42,751 nt of DNA, from sequence record SRR20825019_2135. The stretch is one strand, 5' to 3'. Numbering within the stretch: position 1 is the stretch's first letter; every line of letters begins with the position of its first letter. The notes under the pieces were generated by a model. That model was not told the DNA's origin, made no database searches, and saw only the letters and a list, made by a program, of their open reading frames with translations. The position numbers and the translations under genes are program-made. This document shows positions 29,821 through 37,549 of the stretch, piece by piece.

Positions 29821-30365
29821 ACGATACACACACCGATCATACCGAAAAAAGCCTGCTGATTGTTGAGGATGACAAAGCGTTCCGCACACGGCTTACTGTC
29901 TCGATGGAGCGTCGAGGCTTTAAGGTTTATGCCGCAGAAGGCATTGAGGAAGGTGCTATCCTCGCGTCTCAACACCGGCCACGGTATGCCGTGGTGGATA
30001 TGAAACTTGAGGACGGCAACGGCCTCGACCTTGTACCGTCGCTTCGCCAAATTCGCCCTGATATGCGGGTCATTATCCTCACCGGATACGGCAATCTCGC
30101 GAGCGCTGTCGCGGCGGTAAAGGCTGGTGCAGTGGACTTCCTCGCCAAACCGGCGGACCCTGACCAGATTGCCGCTGCACTCCTGACGCCAGAAGGTCAA
30201 ACACCACCAGTGCCAGAAAACCCCATGTCGGCAGATCGGGTGAAATGGGAGCATATTCAGCGTGTGTATGAGATGTGCGACAGGAACGTGTCTGAGACCG
30301 CGCGGCGGCTCAACATGCACCGGCGCACGTTGCAGCGCATCTTGGCAAAACGGTCCCCCCAGTAA
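29817..30365 (+). CDS. regA: RegA/PrrA/ActR response regulator
   Basis: PENPMSADRVKWEHIQRVYEMCDRNVSETARRLNMHRRTLQRILAKRSP. Confidence 0.98.
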   Translation: MNDTHTDHTEKSLLIVEDDKAFRTRLTVSMERRGFKVYAAEGIEEGAILASQHRPRYAVVDMKLEDGNGLDLVPSLRQIRPDMRVIILTGYGNLASAVAAVKAGAVDFLAKPADPDQIAAALLTPEGQTPPVPENPMSADRVKWEHIQRVYEMCDRNVSETARRLNMHRRTLQRILAKRSPQ

Positions 30366-30369
30366 GCGG

Positions 30370-31701
30370 TTAGGCGGAGATCATCGGGTCTACGGCCTGC
30401 CCCTGGAACAGCGTGATCCCCAAAAGATGGCCAAGGTCGATATCCGTCGGCTCCGCACATCCATCAAGAATCACCCGCGCCTTGCCGACGCGGTCGATTT
30501 TGTTCTGAATTGCTGTCTCGGTTTTATTATTCAGCCAATCAACCTTGTTACCGGGCGGCAGCGCGATTTTCACAAAAGCGGCCTGCATGGGCTCGATATC
30601 AATGGCAAGAAACGCAAGCGGGTGCAAATCCCCTATTGAGAGCCGATACCCGGCCCCAAGCAACATGGCGATGGCCGCTTGGTAGGCCACAGGGTTTGCA
30701 ATGACATCAACCGCGCTAAACTCGATCACCACTTTGGAACGCCGCTGTGTGCCGAGTGACTTCTCGAATATCTCAAAAGCTGGAGACAATACCGCGGCGC
30801 TGGTAACCTTGATGCTGGATGCGAGCGAGGCTTCATTGGTCATACCGGGTGTGGACGCCAGAACCTGCCGCGCAACAAGATCATCCATATAGCCGGACAG
30901 CCAGCGGTTTTCCGCCAGCACTCGGCCCTCAAGCAAGGTTTCATAGACAAGCTTACGCGGCACAAACTTGTGTTCCAGCACAGGCATTGGTGGTGAGCTG
31001 CCCAAAATGGCCTTCACGAACTGTTTGCGCAGCAGACCCGCAACATCCGCGCCCTGCAGCGCTTTTGTCAGGGTCAGCAAAAGTTCCGGATCCAGGTCTC
31101 GATCGGTAACTTCTTCCTTCGCAGGCGGTATCACCGGCATCATGCGCACATGGCTGGGCTGATACGCCATAGGCGGGCTGTCATCTTCCGGCGGCTTGAT
31201 CAAGCCTTTCGGGCCCTTTTTGCTACCAACTTTCTTGAGCGTCAGCTCACTGTTTTCGCCCATCTGCTCAGGTGCCGTTTCGCCAAGCCGCAACAAATCG
31301 CTCAATTGCTCGGCGTAATTCTTGAACTCTTCATAGTCAGCTTCAAGGTCAAACCAGACGACAAACTCGTCGCTCACCCCCTGAACCGGGTCGAGGGATG
31401 CGATAAGCGAGGAATCTTTCAACTTGCGACGAATGGCGTTCAGAGAGGGGTCAATGTCATGCACGCTCGCGTCTTTTGTGATCAGCACCAGATCGGCGTT
31501 GGGAAGTGCAAACATGGTTGCCCCAAAACGCGTGATCACCCCCCTGAGGGCGGCGGCTGCAAACAAGCGGTAATGTTCCTCACGGAAATAGCGTTCAAGC
31601 GCAGACAGGCGAATATGAACCGCGCGTCGCCCTTCGGCGTGGCGCCGCAACTGCTTTACATAGTCAACCATGCGGTCGAGCGATGTCAGGTCTTTGCTCA
31701 C
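30370..31701 (-). CDS. soluble protein with a degenerate EAL domain and a possible degenerate GGDEF-like N-terminus
   Basis: C-terminus follows the EAL-barrel pattern (VVIEF, GYRLSIGD, FVKI, VILDGC, GITLFQG) without EAL/DDFG catalytic motifs. Confidence 0.65.
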   Translation of the reverse strand: MSKDLTSLDRMVDYVKQLRRHAEGRRAVHIRLSALERYFREEHYRLFAAAALRGVITRFGATMFALPNADLVLITKDASVHDIDPSLNAIRRKLKDSSLIASLDPVQGVSDEFVVWFDLEADYEEFKNYAEQLSDLLRLGETAPEQMGENSELTLKKVGSKKGPKGLIKPPEDDSPPMAYQPSHVRMMPVIPPAKEEVTDRDLDPELLLTLTKALQGADVAGLLRKQFVKAILGSSPPMPVLEHKFVPRKLVYETLLEGRVLAENRWLSGYMDDLVARQVLASTPGMTNEASLASSIKVTSAAVLSPAFEIFEKSLGTQRRSKVVIEFSAVDVIANPVAYQAAIAMLLGAGYRLSIGDLHPLAFLAIDIEPMQAAFVKIALPPGNKVDWLNNKTETAIQNKIDRVGKARVILDGCAEPTDIDLGHLLGITLFQGQAVDPMISA

Positions 31702-31768
31702 GTAGATATTAATCCAGCCTTGCCCTACGGTGTCTGCTGTCGCGGATGATAAGATAAATTAAGTTAAT

Positions 31769-32452
31769 TTACCCTGAAAACTTCTTAACCCGATGCAACC
31801 ACCACGCGCTTTCATTGATCGAATAAACTGGTCTGTAATGCAAAATCTGGGTGTCGGGCAAGACGCTATCGATCTGGTTATCAAGGATATAGGTTACATC
31901 CTCCAGTTCGACCGCAAGTACCGCGTGCGCTACATGCAGGTTTTCATCCTGCAGGATAACAAGGCGCATGCTTTCCGGATCGACGCCCAGACGCTTAAGG
32001 GTGATATATTTGCTGATGGCGTAATCTTCACAGTCTCCGTCCTTAAGGAAGAACTCGTCGGGCGTTGCCCAATAGTCCGGAATGCCCCAGTTCACCGGGT
32101 CAACGATATAGGCCGCCCGGTTCATATAGGCATTCACAGCATCCAACTGTTCACGGGCCGGCGTTTCCTGCTGTTCGCCAACAAAAACATCCCACGCTTC
32201 GCGACTGCAAACCACACGCCCCGCCCCTCTGCAACGTTCTGCGGCGCTTCCTGTGGGCGCTTCAGGCAATGTTTTTGGTTTGTTGTGGCGCTGCCACATC
32301 TCGGTCCATTTGGCAAACTTGGTCATATTGGTGGACCGCAGTTCCATGCTGCCAAACAAGCCTCCCATGCGGACCTGCGCCCACGCCTGTGGCTCAGCGA
32401 CAAAAAGCAGCAAAACTACACAGATTGTAAGCGAGCGCAGCAAGCCTGACAT
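31769..32452 (-). CDS. transglutaminase-like cysteine peptidase (BTLCP/LapG family), periplasmic
   Basis: Signal peptide; DYWATPDEF, GDCEDYAISKY (Cys), HAVL (His), ILDN (Asp), PVYSIN. Confidence 0.92.
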   Translation of the reverse strand: MSGLLRSLTICVVLLLFVAEPQAWAQVRMGGLFGSMELRSTNMTKFAKWTEMWQRHNKPKTLPEAPTGSAAERCRGAGRVVCSREAWDVFVGEQQETPAREQLDAVNAYMNRAAYIVDPVNWGIPDYWATPDEFFLKDGDCEDYAISKYITLKRLGVDPESMRLVILQDENLHVAHAVLAVELEDVTYILDNQIDSVLPDTQILHYRPVYSINESAWWLHRVKKFSG

Positions 32453-32607
32453 ATAATCCCGTACCAAAATTGTTTGTGCCCGAAGGCAGAGCGTTTAAAC
32501 ATAGTGTGATGATTTTGATGTTCCAAGTCACTTCCTTACCGGGCTAGACTATTGTCCGAGGTGATGCAGGGAAAAGGACCGGGTCTTCCGGCCACAGGGG
32601 GCAACTT

Positions 32608-34662
32608 ATGGCAGGCAAAAAAAACGGCAGCAAATCCATTCTGATAGCGGGGGCAGGCATTTTAGCTGTCGCCGCACTCGGTTTTTTCGCGATTCTCAAA
32701 TTCGCCGAATCAGAAGCTGAACAGGATATGATGCGCTGGCAGGACAGGATCAACCTTATCGCTGACAGCCGCGCCACCGAGGTTTCTGCCTGGTTGAACC
32801 GCTACCTCGCAAGCGTGGAAGCGTTGGCGAGCGACGCCACGATCCAGCTTTACGCGGGCGGGATGGATGACATGCCCGAAGCGGCCGAAGGCCAACGCGG
32901 ATATGTGTTCGCGCTTCTCTCCGCTGCAGCCGAACGGGAAGGTTTCCAAGAGAAAACCGCCATTGACCAGTTGGCCGCCAACATCAAACGCCCACAACGC
33001 GCAGGCCTTGCCATCCTTCGCGGTGACGGCAGCGCCATGGTGACCACCAGCGGCATGCCAATCCTGCGCCCCGGCGAATGGCCGTCTGATGCGCGCGGAT
33101 CTTTCATCGCCGTTGGGCCACAACTTGAAGATAAAACACCACTGGTGATTTTTGGTGCGCCTGTTGTGGCATCCGAAGGCATGGCGGGCGACCCTGCGGC
33201 CATCAATTGGGTGATTGGCGCCCGACCTTTGGACAGTGATTTCCTGAACACACTCAAACAACCCGGTGCCGCCAGCAAGACAGGCGAAACCTATGTTGTG
33301 GTTCGCGGGCAGGATGACCTTGTAACTCCCCTGACGCCGCTTGCAGAAGGTGGCCGTGTTGGCGAAGCCCGGCGGGATGCAGCGGCCGCATTTGCCGCCA
33401 CCGCGCCGGGTGCTTTTGGTATGCGCCCCAATTATGCAGGGACGAAAGTTTTGGTAACAGGTCGGGAGCTTTCGGCCCCGGTGCCTTGGGTTCTGGTACG
33501 CACGATCAGCGCACAGGAGGCATTGTCCGAGATTAACGAACGGCGCAACGGCCTGATTATCACGCTGTCGCTGGCGGCGCTTTTTGTGCTCGCCGGTCTT
33601 GTCCTTGTGTGGCGCCACGGTGTTTCCATCCGCCTTCAGGCCAGCTACCGGGAACAAGCGGCGCTTTCCAAACAGAATGAGGCCCTGAGCCGGTTCCTTC
33701 AATCTGTAAGCGACAGCCAGCCTACGGCAATCGCCGCGCTTGATAGTGACCTGACCGTGCGCTTTGCCAACAAGAAGCTGGGCGAGGTGACGGATATATC
33801 CGTTTCAGACCTCACCAATCGCCGGCTGGATACTGCTTTCAAGAGCGACACGGCGGACAAGCTTCGCAGCGGCCTTAAGTCGGTCAGCAAAGGCCAAAGC
33901 TCCGAGATGCAGCTCACCTTGCCGGTGGGCGACGCTGAACGCATTTTCCAAACCCAGCTGTTGCCGCTTGAAGGCGCTGGCCAGGACAAGGCGAATGCCC
34001 TTCTGGTGATGCAGGATATCTCGTCTCTGGTGCGCGCGAAGGAACAGTCTGAAACGCTTTTCAAACAGCTTGTCAGCACCCTCACCCAGATCATTGATGC
34101 GCGCGACCCCTGGAGCAAACACCACTCTGTTCGTGTGGCGGACGTTGCCTCTGCCATCGCCGCAGAAATGGGCTGGGACGCAGACACATGTGAAAGCGTG
34201 CGTATCGCGGGCCAGCTGGTGAACCTTGGCAAGATTTTTGTGCCAACCGAGATTTTGACCAAACAGAGCGGGCTGACGGATGAGGAGATCGCCCTTGTGC
34301 GTGAAAGCATGCAAAAGGGCTCAACCCTTGTGGCGGGGCTCGACTTCAAAGGGCCGGTGGCGGCCATCCTTGGTGAAATGCGCGAAAACTGGGACGGCTC
34401 AGGCGAACCCGACGGCAAAAAAGGCGAAGCTATCGAGCCCGGCGCCCGAGTGCTTAGCGTTGCCAACGCTTTTGTTGGCATGGTGTCCGCACGCGCGCAC
34501 CGTGAAGGGCTCGGCTTTGACAAGGCGCTTGATATCCTGAACGGAGACGCAGGCAAGCGCTATGAGCGCCGCACGGTAGCCGCGTTGCAGAATATCCTGG
34601 AAAACAAGGACGGCCGCAGCCGTTGGCAGAGTTATACGCAGGTCGTTAAAGAAGGCCCCTGA
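32608..34662 (+). CDS. membrane sensor: TM-periplasmic domain-TM-PAS-degenerate HD-GYP
   Basis: Two TMs; PAS-like SQPTAIAALDSDLTVRFAN; HD-GYP scaffold with HD->VN, HHE->MRE, GYP->GEP. Confidence 0.88.
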   Translation: MAGKKNGSKSILIAGAGILAVAALGFFAILKFAESEAEQDMMRWQDRINLIADSRATEVSAWLNRYLASVEALASDATIQLYAGGMDDMPEAAEGQRGYVFALLSAAAEREGFQEKTAIDQLAANIKRPQRAGLAILRGDGSAMVTTSGMPILRPGEWPSDARGSFIAVGPQLEDKTPLVIFGAPVVASEGMAGDPAAINWVIGARPLDSDFLNTLKQPGAASKTGETYVVVRGQDDLVTPLTPLAEGGRVGEARRDAAAAFAATAPGAFGMRPNYAGTKVLVTGRELSAPVPWVLVRTISAQEALSEINERRNGLIITLSLAALFVLAGLVLVWRHGVSIRLQASYREQAALSKQNEALSRFLQSVSDSQPTAIAALDSDLTVRFANKKLGEVTDISVSDLTNRRLDTAFKSDTADKLRSGLKSVSKGQSSEMQLTLPVGDAERIFQTQLLPLEGAGQDKANALLVMQDISSLVRAKEQSETLFKQLVSTLTQIIDARDPWSKHHSVRVADVASAIAAEMGWDADTCESVRIAGQLVNLGKIFVPTEILTKQSGLTDEEIALVRESMQKGSTLVAGLDFKGPVAAILGEMRENWDGSGEPDGKKGEAIEPGARVLSVANAFVGMVSARAHREGLGFDKALDILNGDAGKRYERRTVAALQNILENKDGRSRWQSYTQVVKEGP

Positions 34663-35143
34663 TCAGGGGTGTTGAACTCGGGGCTGGTGAACCTGGGCGC
34701 GTCAAACCCGGTGCGCCCGTCACCTGTTCCGCAAGGCGCATACCGCCAAGCCGTGCCATCTTGAGGGTTAGTGTTTTTTTGCGTGCCGCGTTCACGCGCC
34801 GGTTGGCAGCGGGGCGAAGAATTTCTGCACCATAAGCATCCGCTATCATAATACCGGTAATGTCCGGCAGGCTTGTCTCTTCATTCAGAACCTCAAGCGG
34901 GAAGTCCTGATCAACCGCGAAATAAAACTCTTCGCCGTAGTCGAGATATTCCTGCCATTTGTGGTCACTACGGAAATCAGCAAGGCCCGACTTCACCTCC
35001 ACAATCATGCAGTGCCCTTTTGGGTCCAGCGATACAATATCAGCCCGGCGCCCATTAGTAAGCGGCACTTCAGTGATGGGAGCATAGCCAAGCTCCAGAA
35101 GCAGGCGTGTCGCCCCGCGGGTAACAACTTCTGTGCTGGTCAT
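34646..35143 (-). CDS. mmcB: MmcB family DNA repair protein
   Basis: EVPLTNGRRADI, IVEVKS..ADFRSDHKWQEY, GIMIADAYGAEILR; AGGAG RBS; LexA box upstream. Confidence 0.93.
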   Translation of the reverse strand: MTSTEVVTRGATRLLLELGYAPITEVPLTNGRRADIVSLDPKGHCMIVEVKSGLADFRSDHKWQEYLDYGEEFYFAVDQDFPLEVLNEETSLPDITGIMIADAYGAEILRPAANRRVNAARKKTLTLKMARLGGMRLAEQVTGAPGLTRPGSPAPSSTPLIRGLL

Positions 35144-35220
35144 GAGGTTTCTCCTGCAATCGGCGTCTTTGCGAATCACAGGAAAGCATCTCAAAGCTTC
35201 AGTTTGGGCGCAAGAAAAAA

Positions 35221-35235
35221 GAACATAAAGGGAAC
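35221..35235 (-). promoter_or_regulatory. alphaproteobacterial LexA (SOS) box
   Basis: GAAC-ATAAAGG-GAAC (GTTC-N7-GTTC on minus strand), 78 nt upstream of mmcB. Confidence 0.88.
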
Positions 35236-35246
35236 AAATGGAAAGC

Positions 35247-35642
35247 TTAACTTTCTTCCGCAACGATCTCGGCGAGCCGGTTCACGAGTGCTTGGCCTTT
35301 TTCACCGCCATCGCCGGTAATCTTGTTCTCAAGTACCACCTCGAAAATGCGGACATGAGCACCCACGCCGCGCGCGCTGGCATTCTCACCTGCGGTTTTG
35401 ATATAGCGGCACAAGGACGTACCCACGGTGGTCATCAGCCCAAAATTGAAGCTCGAGCCCATGCCTTTGATATTATGGCTGATGTCATAAACACGGTCAG
35501 CTTTGCCCTGGTCCGTGCCTGACGCTTCCATCTCGGTGGTAATCTCACGCAGTTCTTTCACGGCATCGATTGTCCATGTCATGAATTGATCGACCAGTTC
35601 CTGATCGTCCGCGTATGAATAGTCACCTTGTTCGCCAGCCAT
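35247..35642 (-). CDS. stand-alone Hpt (histidine phosphotransfer) protein
   Basis: VYDISHNIKGMGSSFNF (HxxKG motif), 131 aa, likely helical. Confidence 0.85.
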   Translation of the reverse strand: MAGEQGDYSYADDQELVDQFMTWTIDAVKELREITTEMEASGTDQGKADRVYDISHNIKGMGSSFNFGLMTTVGTSLCRYIKTAGENASARGVGAHVRIFEVVLENKITGDGGEKGQALVNRLAEIVAEES

Positions 35643-35693
35643 AAATCTTCTTCTGTTACCGTTGCAGGAAACACTGTTAATAAATATATCAGA

Positions 35694-35708
35694 TTAACAA
35701 GACTTTAA
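35694..35708. promoter_or_regulatory. CtrA-binding box
   Basis: TTAA-CAAGACT-TTAA (exact TTAA-N7-TTAA), plus a GTTAA half-site at 35676, upstream of hpt. Confidence 0.65.
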
Positions 35709-35823
35709 GGGCAAAAATGCAACTAGGATTATATTGACCTGAAGTTTTGGGCCGGTTTTGCTTGCAATACCCGGCCTGCCTTCGATAAACCAAGGCAAAC
35801 CAATGCGGAACAAGGAGCATACA

Positions 35824-36039
35824 GTGAGCCCAAATGAAATCGCGCGCTTGCAGGCATACCTGCAGGCTAAATTTAATAACAACATGATCAAACTGGTCCG
35901 TCGCCCTAAAGCGAAAGACTCGGTCGAGGTTGTTTTGGGCGAAGAATTTCTGGGTGTCGTGTACCGCGATGATGACGAAGGCGAAATTTCATACGCCATG
36001 TCTATCTGTGTGCTCGAGGAAGATCTGCCTCAAATTTAA
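35824..36039 (+). CDS. DUF3126 family protein
   Basis: EIARLQAYLQAKF...DSVEV..GEEFLGVVYRDDDEGEISY; GTG start with AAGGAG RBS. Confidence 0.88.
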   Translation: MSPNEIARLQAYLQAKFNNNMIKLVRRPKAKDSVEVVLGEEFLGVVYRDDDEGEISYAMSICVLEEDLPQI

Positions 36040-36072
36040 CGAGACTGCCCTGGTTTAACGAGACTGCCCTGG
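36035..36072. repeat. perfect 19-bp tandem duplication TTTAACGAGACTGCCCTGG x2
   Basis: Read directly: 36035-36053 and 36054-36072. Confidence 0.95.
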
Positions 36073-36098
36073 GGGGCTGCCTGCGGCTGGAGACATTC

Positions 36099-36320
36099 AT
36101 GCTCTATCTTCTTGCTCTACTTATTCCGCCGCTTGCGCTGCTTCTGTGCGGGAAACCATTTCAGGCGATCTTCGCTGCGGTGATCTGGGTCATTGCGTGG
36201 TTCCTGACCATCCTTGCAGGCGCTGGTTTCATCGTTTGGGTGATACTTGCTGTCTGGTCGATCATGGTGGTCCGTGACCGCAATACACGCAAAATGTTTG
36301 AAGAAACGCGCGGGCGATAA
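36099..36320 (+). CDS. small membrane protein, YqaE/Pmp3-like
   Basis: YLLALLIPPLALLLCGKPFQA; very hydrophobic 73 aa; GGAG RBS. Confidence 0.75.
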   Translation: MLYLLALLIPPLALLLCGKPFQAIFAAVIWVIAWFLTILAGAGFIVWVILAVWSIMVVRDRNTRKMFEETRGR

Positions 36321-36412
36321 GCCGCCTGCGCATATCTCCACCTCCTACTTGTATATGACAAGCTGCCGACCTGAGCAGCTTGCACATCTCTGTGCGCCGT
36401 GTCACATTCCAT

Positions 36413-36431
36413 AAATGAAACATTTTCATTT
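36413..36431. promoter_or_regulatory. perfect 8-3-8 palindrome, putative repressor operator
   Basis: AAATGAAA-CAT-TTTCATTT immediately before the GNAT RBS. Confidence 0.6.
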
Positions 36432-36446
36432 TAAAGGAATGGCAAC

Positions 36447-37040
36447 ATGGCGGCGCCGTCCATCAGGCAGCTTGAACGGGGTGAGCACGATCTAATCGGG
36501 CGGATAATCGCCACAGGTTTTGCAGACGATACGGTCAACCTGTGGGTTTTCGCTGGCGAAGGTGCCATGAAACCCACGTTCACCACCATGGCAGAATACC
36601 TTTACCTGACCCGTGGTTTTGGCCATGTCACAGCAGACGGTTTGGCAGGAACCCTGTGGTTACCGCCTGGCGCAAAAAAGGGATACGGCCTTGGGAACCT
36701 CAGCCTCGGCGCAAGCATCATTCGTCACGGCGGCCTGCAGGCTCTTAAAAATTCGCTCATGATCGACGCCTTCATGGCGAAGAAACGCAAGCTGCACCCG
36801 CCGCATTTCTATCTGTTCGCCATCGCCGTTGACCCAAGCCTGCAAGGCAAGGGCATAGGTGGCGCCCTGATGCGCGAGGCCCTCACACGTGTAGACGCTG
36901 CTGGCATGCCGGCGTATCTCGAGAACTCGAAAGAGCAGAATATTTCGTTCTACCAGAACCATGGTTTTGAGATACTGGAAGAAGCAGTGCCCGCCAACGG
37001 ATGCCCACCCATGTGGCTTATGTGGCGCAAAGCTAACTAA
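36447..37040 (+). CDS. GNAT family N-acetyltransferase
   Basis: HFYLFAIAVDPSLQGKGIGGALM, PAYLENS...NISFYQNHGF. Confidence 0.9.
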   Translation: MAAPSIRQLERGEHDLIGRIIATGFADDTVNLWVFAGEGAMKPTFTTMAEYLYLTRGFGHVTADGLAGTLWLPPGAKKGYGLGNLSLGASIIRHGGLQALKNSLMIDAFMAKKRKLHPPHFYLFAIAVDPSLQGKGIGGALMREALTRVDAAGMPAYLENSKEQNISFYQNHGFEILEEAVPANGCPPMWLMWRKAN

Positions 37041-37042
37041 GC

Positions 37043-37540
37043 CTATATAGACACCGAGAGTTTTTCGGCCTCATCCAGATGATGCTCGACGCAGTTATCG
37101 CCGTCGCCAATACGGTCCACGACTAGAAAATCACTGACTCCCTCAAGAGCGAGACAGAAGTGATGCCATGTACCCGCATGATAGTTCACGCCCTGCCCCG
37201 GCTCTGCCTTGAAAGCGCGTATTTGCGCGGCATCAAAATCGCCTTTTGGAGCAACCACCACCAGATAGGGCTTGGGGCCAAGCGGCATAAACGCCTGACT
37301 TGAAAGTGGATGATATTCCATCAGCTCAATCAACACCGGTAGCGGCAGCGGGGTTGAGCGAAAGATGCTCATGCCTGCGCGACCACGGTTTGCATCTACG
37401 TCAACATGCGCGAGATCATGAAACCTAACCGTATTCCCGTAATTGATACCAAACTGGCGCACTCGATCTGTCGCTTCAATCACATCCCCGAAAGGTTTGA
37501 AAACGTCAGCTGTCAACGGTTCTGCGGTCAATACTCGCAT
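37043..37540 (-). CDS. allA: ureidoglycolate lyase
   Basis: PLTADVFKPFGDVIE, MEYHPLSSQAFMP, GQGVNYHAGTWHH, DFLVVDR.G.G.NC. Confidence 0.93.
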   Translation of the reverse strand: MRVLTAEPLTADVFKPFGDVIEATDRVRQFGINYGNTVRFHDLAHVDVDANRGRAGMSIFRSTPLPLPVLIELMEYHPLSSQAFMPLGPKPYLVVVAPKGDFDAAQIRAFKAEPGQGVNYHAGTWHHFCLALEGVSDFLVVDRIGDGDNCVEHHLDEAEKLSVSI

Positions 37541-37549
37541 GGTGACTCC

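Noticed and set aside
32608-34662. HD-GYP gene as a pseudogene or an active phosphodiesterase
   Set aside because: Frame intact, with substitutions concentrated at catalytic residues
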